A stretch of DNA of 63,247 bases, counting the filler, from Asterionella formosa (Eukaryota), in the NCBI GenBank assembly GCA_002256025.1. It is 27 parts of 27 records of this genome, joined end to end, with 100 filler letters (N's around TTAATTAATTAA, not from the genome) between each part and the next. Parts side by side here need not be neighbours in the genome. Positions count along the whole stretch, not along the records: positions 1 to 23,495 come from NKIB01002457.1; 26 more parts are not named here. One strand, 5' to 3'. The notes beneath the pieces were generated by a model. The model was not told the DNA's origin. It ran no database searches and saw nothing but the letters and a program-made list of their open reading frames with translations. This document shows, in pieces, positions 9,468-20,788 of the stretch; within the stretch, counting starts at the first letter, position 1, and each line of letters starts with the position of its first letter. The translations under genes were made by a program, and so were the position numbers.

Positions 9468-12400
9468 ACAAGCACCACAAAATCACGGAATAGTCATTCA
9501 GGAGCAAGTTTACATTTTCTTAGAATTCGCTTTTTGTGTCGAACTTTATGGCATTTCATTAAAACTGGTACAGTCCGATTTTATGTGAAAAAATTTTATT
9601 CAGTATTGAACGGACGCTCATGATTTACCTGTTTGTATGTGAAATATTGTGGCAGATGATGATAGATGGCTTAACACTGATTATGAATGATGGAAAATGA
9701 TGAATTATAAGACTATTTTCACTGATAGAGCTAAATGTAAATGGTGAAATTATGACAACTTAGGTGAGGCCAGTTTGACGACAATAAGGGTCAAGATTAC
9801 TAGGGATTGTATGAAAATGGATAGGAAACTTTAAAATGTGAAGAAAATCGAAAATGATGAGGCTTTAAACTTGACAAACTTCTGCCACATTATACAATCT
9901 GAAACAATTCATCATTAAGATAAACAAAGAAAATAGAAATTATTTGCGCAATCGTGATGATATCTCCCATGCTATCATAATTCATCCTAGGTTTCGAGTA
10001 GTACTACTAGTAGTAGAAGTAGTAGTAGGCAAGAAGGTAAGATGAAATGCATATGGTGTTGAAAGGACACATTGAAATAAATGGTGTGCCAAAAAGGGTT
10101 GACAGCCATTAACCATGCGCCAGATTCAGCTAGAATGTCTGAAGATTTGAAGGAAAGTCAACCAGTAAAGTATTGCTTCATTCATCAGGTCCATCGCTCA
10201 CCTTCTCTATCAAAGAATAATGTTGAACATTTGGGAGTGAAAACCCAATATCCAATTGCAATGCCGGAAGTTACAGCAAAAAGATTGATAGTGCATTCAC
10301 TGATTATCTTCTAATTCATGCCCTAAAGGAATCAACAGACAATTGAGATAAAAATGCAAAAAATGCATCAAGTACCCGGAGACGAAAGCAAAAGAATGGA
10401 GTATGGTAAAATATAAGACATTTTGCGTGCGTCACAGGATTTTCGCTTTCTTTTTTTCGAAATCCTGATGTGAGGTCGATTTTTGAATTGACACATCATA
10501 TTATAATAGATTCAGTATCTCAAAGTTTTCAGCATGACATGCATTCTGCACTACAGATCGCCTTTCAATCAATAAAATGAAATTCAGTTTTCTTGAAACC
10601 CAAAGCAAGCAACCTTGTGACTCTTTAAGTGTAGATTGTTCGGTGGCAATGTGTGCTATTGTCAATTGATTTTCGAAGAGCGGGGCATTCTTTGTCAATC
10701 AGACCATCCTCCAACCCATTGATTTCCAACCCCAAATTCAAAACTTATGTGGGAACCAAATGTTCATTCATACAATCATTACGAATTCAAACTTTAAATA
10801 AGTTTTTTGAAAGCTTTCATGGCATCAAAATGGCTTCAAATAATGGTGGAGGCTTATCCCCCAAACGATATCTTGCTAGTATATTGTATGCAAGCCTTCG
10901 ATTCCATCGTCCAAGGGTCATCAACATGGAGGATGCTTCAATGATCCCAAGATCATTCATCAATCTTATTGAATATTATAGACACTGTTTTCATTTCCAA
11001 CTTGTATCATCCTTTTCCTCCTGAAAAAACCGAATCAATTCATCACACACATCATTGCCTACTCCTTGCTTGTCAGTGTCTCCTTGCACCTCCTTAGAGT
11101 CGCTATGTGACATTTCTTCCAGGAAATAAGGGAAAATTCTGTTATTTGGAAATGCAGGAGCAGGCGACCCAGTCTTAACAGTGATGGATAAGTTGTGAAG
11201 GGCACGAACAACCTCTCTGCATTCAATTCCTTGTCGCTTTGATGTGGCCAAAAAGGGTCGTTCTCATGATGATTCATAAACACATGACAAATAAAAATTG
11301 GTAAAAAAGGAGATGATATGACGATAACATTCACATGGAAGCCATAATTCAAAAACAGTACATTAGGTCGTGGATAACAATGAAATCCTCAGCTCATTCA
11401 TTTTATGTATTTTAGGAACTATGTTTACTAAGCTTAACTGATGATATTATACACATGATGTGCGATATAAAGAGTTTCTTTGAACTATGAAAGTGTTCAA
11501 CTATACATATATATTTATACATTTAGAAATTTTTCTAAATGTATACATTGCTAATACATTTGAATTCATGTTTAAAGGTTCCTTTTCATGCATTCAGGTT
11601 CAGATCCTGAAATGAAAGATCACATCAACAACATGACAAGAATGAAAACTGAGGTGACCACATTTCAACACAATGATAAAACTTGCGGCTTAGAGAAGGA
11701 TTGTAAAGGGAAAAGTGAATGGATTCTAGCAAAGTTATGATGTCAAAGGCACATGCCAGAATGATCGATTGTTGGGTTCACAAAGGCTAAATGATTGCTT
11801 CCTTCCCTAGCGATTCAACAGCTCATTTGGCATTCTGTGGTGGGAAACCACCAATGTCAAAAAAACAAAATGGGTAAGTGCTCTTGTTGGATCAATGCAC
11901 AACTGTTATAACATCACTGACACATGCATGTTGTACTCATGCGATATTCTACTGACGCATTATTTTACAGAATTATGCGAAAAGTTCATTGATTTCTGGT
12001 AAGTGAAGCATTATTAATTGGGAATGCAGTGATAAGCAAGGTTTCAACGAAATACAGCCAAGGTGTAATCCCATCTGATTTTAAGTATTATTTTAGGAAA
12101 TCAAAATGGATAAAACAACAGAATAGCGCATGCAAATTCAGAATTGGATCAAACGAAAAGTGTAGTTTGCAGCAAGCAGTCAGACAAGTTCCAGAATCAG
12201 AGTGAAAGGGAGGCGGGAGGCATGCATACTCAAGAGCATTGAAGGGAAGCAAGAGGCATGCATCATGAGCATTGAGGCAATAGAAATTGGTGGTGAAGTT
12301 GGTTTTTTCAAAATGTTGGATGATCAAAAAAGAGCCAATCATGTTTTGTACTCCCTTCTAAGTAAAATCAGTCGTGGCTGTTTAGATTTAGGGTACCACC

Positions 12401-14059
12401 TAAAAACTGAGAGTCATATAAAGTTTACCCCATGTTTCGACTCAAACTATTTTAGTCAAATTTCATGGTGACAACAAATCAATTACGTAGCTAAATGTAG
12501 AACAGGCTCTCCGCTTTCAATAGGTCTGTTTAATTAGTAATGAAGCTTCATAATTCAAGAGATATGAAGTTTTTAAAGTTGATGATTATGGTCGTTTTGT
12601 ATGGCTATCAATACATATTTTTTACTACGTACCTGAAGAAAATTTTATATTCAAATTCTGGTTTCGATTACCCTATTGTTCACTCTAAAGCTTTTTCCTG
12701 CCACAATATTATTTGTCCGTTGCATCATCTACCCATTTATTATTCATTGTTTTCATTTTTTAAACCTTAAATAATAATGCGTTCGCCTTTTAACTCAAAT
12801 ATTATTTCAGTTTTTGTGTCAATAATCTTACTTTCATTCGTTTTGATGATGGTTTGATATAGATTTATATAGGGATTATTTATGTTCGTCACTAATTAGT
12901 GTTCTGCTTACATCAGGCTACTGGTTTGGTATTTCTAGTTACTATGACAGATGTCAGCCAAGCGAGAATTTTTTGTTTGATTGCTTGTTTGCTTCTCCAT
13001 CTTTGCCTCCACCTTGCTCCGCTTCCGCTTCCGCCTCCTTGTTTCGTCGCTTCCTTCATATTTCTCCTATCAGCCAGCCACCCTTCATACTATTCTTCCT
13101 TGCCCGAAGCATGCAAGGCAGTGCGGCTGGAATTTCAATTTCCCCCTTATGTGCCAGCACAATTGTCAACTCCAGGCCAAGGGGGGAGAATAGGGGGGAT
13201 TGGACTCGCAGCAAGAACCACAGCAGTTTTGATCTCTTCTGCTGGCGCCTGCTGGTCTCCTCGGTGTGAGGTCTCTCCCAAATGGGTAAGTATGGCTTGT
13301 CTTGTTTCTGGTACCGGGAAATCTCCGTTGCGTCGAAACCTTCGCACAAGGATCCTAATTTCAGCAGTGCTGGTCTACTAGTAGTCTATCATGCCAGTAC
13401 CAGGTACCACTAGGTTATAATATTTATTGATTGGCGCACCAGCGAGCACTTAAACAACTCTAAATAAACAAGTTATTATGGCGCACAACTTAATTGCAAC
13501 GGCGCAAACATGCCATAGTAATGATGCGGAAAAGTCTTGAAACAAGCTAATTATTTATATAGCTTCAGCTTCTCATATGTGTTGAAAAAGTCATGCAGGC
13601 TCAATGGGGTATAACTGATTTGGACCAAAAACCGTCGACAGCCGATTTTGGGCTACTATAACTAAAGAACTGGTACGAGATTGCAGTGTTCAAGTACGAA
13701 CAATGCTGTTCCTTATATGCACAGGAAGGACTTTGTCTAATACAGATTTATAATATTACAAATATTCGTCTCAAACCGTGTGATTACCCCGTTTTGTTAT
13801 GACTATCAGTACAAAACTGAAAGTTTGTATGACTATCAGTTTTTAGGTGGTACAATGTATAAAAATGATTTAAAATATGGATGTACTTATATCTGTACAT
13901 AGTGTGTAGGAGTCAAAATGCCCCCAGTGAAATTTTAAGGATCGCCTCACCAATTTTCGGATATTAACGAAACACAACCATCCTCACATGGTCCCACCAA
14001 CAATATACTACCGGTAGGCCGAGCCAGTCTACTCTATACGACTCTACGAGTGAGAAGGC

Positions 14060-15637
14060 ATGCCACTTCCAGCCTTGGCAGCACCGCTGTTGTGGGGTGC
14101 GTCGTTGAAGGTGGCAGCAACTGTTGCCTTGGAATATGGTCCTGCCATATCTTCAGTATCGCTGGGCGCTATACTAGCTCGGCAAGTGTGGAAGCGGGTT
14201 CCCTCCTGGATCAGACAAGAGGGAAGCTTGACGGCGGAAGACAATTCGAGCCATGAAATTCTCTCTTTGACAGTCATCATCGAAAAACTTCAAGACATGG
14301 TAGCGGTTGGATCGGAGAAACTGTCCGACGATCAATCGTTCCTGGAAGCGTCGCAGTTGCAGGCCTCCTTACTGTGTTACATTCGCTTAGCAGCTCAACT
14401 TAAGGACCGGTATCCCAATATACGAGACGAGAAATACGAACACATTTCGTCGCAGCCTGACGGCAATACTGGATCAATCCATTGGCCCGACATTGCACAA
14501 GGACTGGATTTTGCAGTGTGGGCCTATGATGTAGATACGGACCAGCTCCGGACGAAACTAGAGGCAGTAGAGTTCTTTTTGGTCCAACATACACTCACTG
14601 CCAACATGCCACCAGGTCATGTGGCGCATTATATTGCGGCATGCCCAGAACAAAAAACACTATTGATTGGTGTGCAGGGGACATCGACGTTGGAGGACTT
14701 GCTCATTGACTGCGTGGGAAAAGCCACTACGTGTGAAATGGACGCCATTCCATTCGAAAAAGAATTGTATACTTTATCCAATGACGATATTATGGTATTC
14801 GATCAAGACAACGAATCAATAGCAACTGCCACTACACCCTCTAGCGCAATTGAAATATCTCATTTTGACGGGGTTCGGATACGGTGTCATGAAGGTATTT
14901 TGTTATCAGCCAAACGATTGGCAGATAAAGTACAAAGTGTGGTTCACCAAATGACATTTGGTAATAGCGCCTACAAGGTATTATTATGTGGTCACAGTCT
15001 TGGTGCTGGTGTCGCATGTTTGTTGGCCATTCTCTTGAAATCACGCATGCCATGGTTGGAAAATGTTCACGTCTATGCCTATGCTTGCCCACCCATTTTA
15101 GATTACGATGCTGCCTTGGCATGTTCTTCCTTTTGTACAAGTATCGTCAACAACTCCGATCTCATTGCACGATGCAGTCTAGCCAACCTCCGAAGTTTTG
15201 TACATGTACTAAGCGCTATACATACAAAGTTGACTGAGCATGGATTGTCACCAAACGGGCCGAAATCAGCCATGGCATTATTTCGATATTTACGTCAAGG
15301 TAATCAGGGAGACTTACTTTTGAGTTGTGACGAAATTCAAAAGGAGATGGAGGATGCCCTAGAAAAAGTGGGATTACAAGATTCAGAACATTTGTATGTT
15401 CCCGGTCGAGTCATTCTAATGTATGAACCATGGCAAGGAGAAGAAAAGGGAGAGAAGGACGAAGTAGAATCATTGCCACGTGTGTATGGCTGTGTAACGA
15501 ATGGTGTTGCCATTCCGCTCCGGTTCTTTGAATTTGATGGTAGTCGAATGGTAACAGATCATTTGACCGCATCGTATTACATTAGTGTAAATGCGTTGGC
15601 AGCTGCAGATGCAGCAAAGGGTGAGTCTGAAATATAA
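14060..15637 (+). CDS. Class 3 lipase (diacylglycerol-lipase-like alpha/beta hydrolase)
   Basis: IGVQGTSTLED, CHEGIL, nucleophile elbow GHSLGAG, YAYACPP, NNSD, LYVPGRV and C-terminal TDH. Confidence 0.9.
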   Translation: MPLPALAAPLLWGASLKVAATVALEYGPAISSVSLGAILARQVWKRVPSWIRQEGSLTAEDNSSHEILSLTVIIEKLQDMVAVGSEKLSDDQSFLEASQLQASLLCYIRLAAQLKDRYPNIRDEKYEHISSQPDGNTGSIHWPDIAQGLDFAVWAYDVDTDQLRTKLEAVEFFLVQHTLTANMPPGHVAHYIAACPEQKTLLIGVQGTSTLEDLLIDCVGKATTCEMDAIPFEKELYTLSNDDIMVFDQDNESIATATTPSSAIEISHFDGVRIRCHEGILLSAKRLADKVQSVVHQMTFGNSAYKVLLCGHSLGAGVACLLAILLKSRMPWLENVHVYAYACPPILDYDAALACSSFCTSIVNNSDLIARCSLANLRSFVHVLSAIHTKLTEHGLSPNGPKSAMALFRYLRQGNQGDLLLSCDEIQKEMEDALEKVGLQDSEHLYVPGRVILMYEPWQGEEKGEKDEVESLPRVYGCVTNGVAIPLRFFEFDGSRMVTDHLTASYYISVNALAAADAAKGESEI

Positions 15638-15718
15638 TCATCGTGACATTAATTTTTTAAACGTTCCTCTTCGTAGAGAAAGTAGATTAAAAACGCTGTA
15701 TTTGGATAATAATTATAA

Positions 15719-16501
15719 CTACTTTATATTCCACAGATTCGGAATAAAGTCTTCTCGTATGGTACAAGACAATTCTTTGCAATTCAATTGATACAATCTC
15801 CATAATCCTCCATCTGGATTATATCCTGCATCGACTAAGAAAAAGGTGGGTAATCGGTCTAAATATCGAAACAATTGTCCCAATCCTACCTGTCCTGTTT
15901 GTACCAATTCTTGACATGTGTCATCATGGATGGTAATTGTTGCATGTGCTTGACAACAACTGATAGAAGTGGTAGTTCGTCGTGCTGTTGTTATTTGAAC
16001 TTGTAAATGTACCAATCGATCCCATGTTCCTGTACTACTATCCAATGTGCAGTGGTCCACCACAACATGAACAGGTGCATCATACCAACTAGAGAGGATC
16101 CGTTGTAAATTTCCATTGGCAGTAACAAGGATTCGATCCATGGCAAAGGTTATTCCATATTTTTGCGCCAATGATTCTCCATGATCTGTTATTAATAGTA
16201 CTGGTGATGAACTCATAATATCACCAAGTGTGCCATTATAAATGGTTGTTGTATCGTTGTTGTTTGGAGTAGCCGCAATGACTACATCGTGACTTGAGGA
16301 AGATGACAAATCATTAGTATTGTCATGGAAAGCAAATAGGTTTGGGTGATATTGTGTATTTGCTACTACAGCATGTTGTCGTCTTTGTTGATGCAATGGG
16401 AAATAAAAGGCTAGTATCGTGTGCGAATACAACAACAGAAGTAAGAGTACAGGTTGTTGTGGGAAGCGATAGTAAGGATGATGAGTTGCCAATGATAGCA
16501 T
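15719..16501 (-). CDS. Chorismate-lyase-fold (UbiC/DUF98-like) protein with a putative bipartite plastid presequence
   Basis: DRILVTANGNLQRILSSWY, VGLGQLF, LWRLYQL and IREDF follow the chorismate-lyase-like pattern. Hydrophobic VLLLLLLYSHTILA|F at the N-terminus. Confidence 0.6.
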   Translation of the reverse strand: MLSLATHHPYYRFPQQPVLLLLLLYSHTILAFYFPLHQQRRQHAVVANTQYHPNLFAFHDNTNDLSSSSSHDVVIAATPNNNDTTTIYNGTLGDIMSSSPVLLITDHGESLAQKYGITFAMDRILVTANGNLQRILSSWYDAPVHVVVDHCTLDSSTGTWDRLVHLQVQITTARRTTTSISCCQAHATITIHDDTCQELVQTGQVGLGQLFRYLDRLPTFFLVDAGYNPDGGLWRLYQLNCKELSCTIREDFIPNLWNIK

Positions 16502-17043
16502 GACTATATTAACAACCGTAAGACAGGGGCACTCAGAAGCAACAGGAAAAAAATTTCAATTTTGTCTTCTTGTCAATCTCGACTATATTTTGATTATGAA
16601 TACGCTGTATGTATATAAAATAGATGTAAAACATTGTTCACATCATTTGTACACAAAATGAGAGCATATTGGAACAAAGTGGTCGACCTGGTACCAGGTA
16701 CTCCGCGGTACCAAGTAACAATGTATCATACTGTACAGACGATACCGTTTTCACATATATTTGTTTGCCATCGCCCCCCTTATCCTTGCTTCCTCTCCTT
16801 TCTGCCGTTTGGCTTTGCTACAGTGCGAACGTACTTCTGTCGTGGTACCAGGTACCAGGTACCTGATACCTGATACTGTATGTACCAGAAATTTCGCTCT
16901 CTTGTCACCGGAGCCCAATACGTCTTTTAACGCATCTTCCTATAGTACCAGGGTACCGGTGCATATACAGTAGTAAGTACCAGACCTGTGGCACATGATA
17001 CCGGAGCAGCCAGAGAAGGAGGAGTGAGTACCAGTTACCACCT

Positions 17044-17109
17044 GGTACCAGGTACCTTGGAACGGTACCGGGTACCAGGTACCTTGGAACGGTACCGGGT
17101 ACCAGGTAC
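17044..17109. repeat. 27-bp GGTACC-rich tandem repeat (2.4 copies) in a divergent promoter region
   Basis: GGTACCAGGTACCTTGGAACGGTACCG at 17044 and 17071, partial copy at 17098. Confidence 0.9.
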
Positions 17110-17316
17110 TAATCCTCGTGGGCTGTCGTCACGGGCAGCAAGCAAGCAAGCAAGCAATCGGCAAAGAATGAAAAATCCACGCAACCGAGTGAGCGAGCGA
17201 AGCAACAACAAACATTTTGATTCCACCTTTTATATCCTCAGGAGTACAAAGACACAGCACTATCATACACTGTTACCACCACACCCATATAACAGCCACA
17301 ATAGAATACTACCACC

Positions 17317-18132
17317 ATGTCGGGAATCAAGAAAGTCGGACAAACGATTGCGAAACAATCCGTCATTTTGAAGGAAGCTCGCGCTGTGACCGCCGCAGAA
17401 GCTCCGTCCATTCAACCTGCCACTGTGTCAACTCAAACGTCCATGATGCCCTGGAAGGGATGGGTGTCTCGGTTCCTTAAAGAAAAGCTGGGCGACGAGC
17501 GCTTCGCGGCACTTCAAGAGGCGTTTTACTACCGTCCATCCGATATTAATGATCTCAATCAGATTCCGTTCCCAAGTACCAAAGTACCCATCAGTAGGGA
17601 CGACCCCACCGTGACTGCGTCCTTTCGTTCGCCTTCACCAGGATCAGCACCTCCTGTGCGCATTCCTAAATTTGAACTGGGAACAACTCAAGAAGATCCG
17701 TACAATACGTCCTATTACAAGCGGGATACGGCGCGACGATATTTGGACACCAACAACACTGAGGTGGAAAGGTTGAAATTGGAACTCATGGATCCCAATT
17801 CACAAGAGGTGCAAGATTTAAAAGATGCCCTGATCCCCACGTCATCACCAGGTAACAAGGGACGATTTGCGACTGGACCGTCGGACTTTGACCCCACTGG
17901 ACTGCGTGCCACCATGTCGACCAATCATGCGGCTTTGGAAGAATCATTGGATGCCAACATGCCGGATCATTTGCCATATCCGGCGTGGTATAAGGATGCG
18001 GAAAAGGAGGCCAATTGGTATTTGGAACGGGATCTGCCTGTCCCCTGTGGGGCGACAGGGTCTTGGGTGACGGTGCCAGTGGAGAAGAGGATTGCTCATT
18101 GGGAGGGAGGAGAACGTCATCCTTCCTTCTAA
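17317..18132 (+). CDS. Conserved protein, probable mitochondrial complex I subunit NDUFA7/B14.5a-like
   Basis: 271-aa ORF. FRSPSPGS...EDPYNTSYYKRDTARRY resembles the YYxRDxRR motif of B14.5a/NUZM subunits. The product is an inference. Confidence 0.6.
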   Translation: MSGIKKVGQTIAKQSVILKEARAVTAAEAPSIQPATVSTQTSMMPWKGWVSRFLKEKLGDERFAALQEAFYYRPSDINDLNQIPFPSTKVPISRDDPTVTASFRSPSPGSAPPVRIPKFELGTTQEDPYNTSYYKRDTARRYLDTNNTEVERLKLELMDPNSQEVQDLKDALIPTSSPGNKGRFATGPSDFDPTGLRATMSTNHAALEESLDANMPDHLPYPAWYKDAEKEANWYLERDLPVPCGATGSWVTVPVEKRIAHWEGGERHPSF

Positions 18133-18384
18133 ATGGAGCATAGTATGGCGTGGTGGTGGTGTGGATTTTGTGTCAAACGTCAAGTGCATGAAGAACAGTA
18201 TTCCTTTAGTTCTACTAGTAGTCTAGTTTTGGTTGGAACAGTTACGAAACAAATCAACCGTACTTGCTACGAAATAATATTAATATATTTTATATTCCAA
18301 CACAGGTAAAAGGATCCACACAACAAGAATACTCATTGTGATCACTATTACTATACTACAGGCACTACCGTGTAGTAGTCAAAT

Positions 18385-19308
18385 CTACTCCTTTCGTTCC
18401 CGTACCATGTACTTGGGAATTTTCATCAAAGTAGTCAAATGTTTTTGAGCTAAACGCTCCTTGGTTTCTTGAACAAGAATTGCTTCCTCTCGATTGGAAT
18501 AAAGCCCAATAACAGTTCCAGTTGACTCATCCTCGATTTCTTCCAAGACTTCATACCATACTTTCTTGGTCTTCAATATTGGGCTCTTTGATGGCTGCTT
18601 TTGTTTCTGGTGTCGTTGTTGTGTATTCATCCTCAAGGAACTACTAGTATAACCTTGGATGGCAGTAGTAACAGCAGCAGCAGCTGCAGCAGCATCAGTG
18701 GCATCAGTTTCCTCTTGCTTCCCCAGTACTTCTCCTTCTCCTTCCACCAGTTGATTCGTTACTTCTTCATGCTTCATCGTTACCAGTCCTATTGTTGGGA
18801 CACGACGATGCTGATTATGATGGGCTTCTACCAAGGATCCCAATTGAGTGGCACTCTCACTAGGAGTCAAATCATGTTGTAAAATCAAGGTCGCATCTAG
18901 TGGTGTCAATCGTTTAATCTCCTCATTTGTATATCCCAATTTTGTTTTCAATAATGTTCGTTGAGTTGTCGTAATCATGAACGCGACTCGAGCAGAGGCA
19001 GTAGTAGCCTTTGTTGTTGTTGAAAATGCCTTTATTGACACTGACGATGACAGCCTTTTACGTTTGATATGCTCCATGATTCCATAATATTTCAAATGAG
19101 CATAATCACGTTCCAATCGAACATAGAACATGGCAACCGAATTATTTTGAACTGTTGCTTGTTCAAGTAGAATCGTTCGAAATGATGTGTCGTTAGAGTT
19201 TGTGCTCCTGCACAAAATCATCCATTGGTTCAACAATTGCATCGAATCTTTGCCAACTTGACGAGATTTTTGTACCAACGATGATGCAATTCGATACAAG
19301 GAAGACAT
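18385..19308 (-). CDS. Hypothetical protein
   Basis: ORF from ATG 19308 (MSSLYRIASS...) containing the motif VAFMITxxQRxLLxxKLGYTxEEIxxLTPxDAxLIL. Confidence 0.65.
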   Translation of the reverse strand: MSSLYRIASSLVQKSRQVGKDSMQLLNQWMILCRSTNSNDTSFRTILLEQATVQNNSVAMFYVRLERDYAHLKYYGIMEHIKRKRLSSSVSIKAFSTTTKATTASARVAFMITTTQRTLLKTKLGYTNEEIKRLTPLDATLILQHDLTPSESATQLGSLVEAHHNQHRRVPTIGLVTMKHEEVTNQLVEGEGEVLGKQEETDATDAAAAAAAVTTAIQGYTSSSLRMNTQQRHQKQKQPSKSPILKTKKVWYEVLEEIEDESTGTVIGLYSNREEAILVQETKERLAQKHLTTLMKIPKYMVRERKE

Positions 19309-19860
19309 GATTGTCTCTTTAGTTCTTCGCTCGGGTAGACTACTAACAGACAATCAATCACAATGCGCTTTCTGAGTTCACCACTACCTGACAGCCTGCG
19401 GTGGAACAATCGCAAGGAAAATAATTAAAATCCCGGTATCTTATACGCTGAAATAATTATTGAAATATGTACGAGAGGCGATGACTGCTTATTACTCGTA
19501 CCCGTAAACGGTACATAAAGAGAGGACTATTATCGTGGACTCCGGAGACGTAAGTACATACGTACACGACTAGGTCCTCATGTTGTACCTGGTGCTAACT
19601 AAAAATATAGTATAGATGAGTCGGACAAGCAATGCGCGCAGCTTTCCTTTCAATACCACTCACTCCACCGGCCTGTAGCCTACTCAGCCTTGTGCTAGGG
19701 GAACAATCAGGTAGGAAAAGTACCAGATACCTTCTACTACACAAGAAATCACGGCTACTACCTGTGGTATCTGGTGTGACCAAATACAGGTATCATCGCT
19801 CCCTAAAATCAAACCAAAACAACGTTGATCGTTCGACTTCTCCACACTGTTGACCACACC

Positions 19861-20778
19861 ATGACAATACGAAAACCAACTCAACCATCCCTCTTCTTTC
19901 TCCAAGTAGTAGCAGTAGTAGGAATATCATTGTTTCTTAATGTATCATCCTCCTCCTCCTCTTCGTACTATTCATCCATTCAAGCGTTGGATAAATATGG
20001 AAATTCCATTCAATTGTCTCATGCACGTCAAGCGTCACATCAACATGGCACGTTAGTGTTGGTAGGACAATCATCATCCAACAAGGACGGACATGATGTT
20101 GTTTGTGTCAGTTTGCAACAACCAACACCACCCTATCGAATCAAAAAGAACAAAAATAATCGTCATGACAATGATATGATTCAAATCATTTCAACTAATA
20201 CAAAGAATAAAATGGCAATGATATGTACAGGAATTAAAGCAGACGCACTATATTTGATTCAAAAAATGAAAGCCTATTATATCAAAACATGGGAACGATA
20301 CGACATGTCCTTGAATGACGACGCTTCTAGAATGGTGCGGGGTATATCTCAAGTGTTGTTGGACTTCATGGGATATGCTCGTTCGAAGGAATTTTTGGAT
20401 GCCATTGGACCAGTTTTGGAACAATCGACTGACAGCAGTGGCACCAATGAATGGGCACGGCCATTGGGAGTACAAACTATGCTGATATCCACCGCAGATC
20501 CTATCACATTGATTGAACCATCTGGGGTGACGAATCAATATACAGCATGTGCCATGGGAAGGGATAGTACAGCATGTGCCGAAGAATTGGAACGCATGTA
20601 CACAAGGGATATTACAACAGAAGCCTTACGAGAGCTATTGGAAGACATTATACAACGCAAAGTTATTGATGAGCATCCTAACATGTACGAAAAAGCAGAG
20701 TTGAGGATAGAGACATTGACGAAGAATGGGGTGGAATGTTATACTAAAATTGTATCTACCAAGGCAAAACAAAACTAA
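19861..20778 (+). CDS. 20S proteasome alpha-subunit-like protein with an N-terminal signal peptide
   Basis: YSSIQALDKYGNSIQLSHARQAS (alpha N-terminal box), TGIKAD, RPLGVQTML, LIEPSG and ACAMGRDS, preceded by hydrophobic SLFFLQVVAVVGISLFL. Confidence 0.75.
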   Translation: MTIRKPTQPSLFFLQVVAVVGISLFLNVSSSSSSSYYSSIQALDKYGNSIQLSHARQASHQHGTLVLVGQSSSNKDGHDVVCVSLQQPTPPYRIKKNKNNRHDNDMIQIISTNTKNKMAMICTGIKADALYLIQKMKAYYIKTWERYDMSLNDDASRMVRGISQVLLDFMGYARSKEFLDAIGPVLEQSTDSSGTNEWARPLGVQTMLISTADPITLIEPSGVTNQYTACAMGRDSTACAEELERMYTRDITTEALRELLEDIIQRKVIDEHPNMYEKAELRIETLTKNGVECYTKIVSTKAKQN

Positions 20779-20788
20779 GGGTAATTGC

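Noticed and set aside
10500..13381. Scattered ORFs of 65-160 aa between THOC7 and the lipase
   Set aside because: Stop-interrupted and motif-free; probably decayed repeats that I cannot assign.
16634..17371. ORFs rich in VPGTRYQ / YRVPGT peptides
   Set aside because: Translations of the non-coding GGTACC motif arrays.
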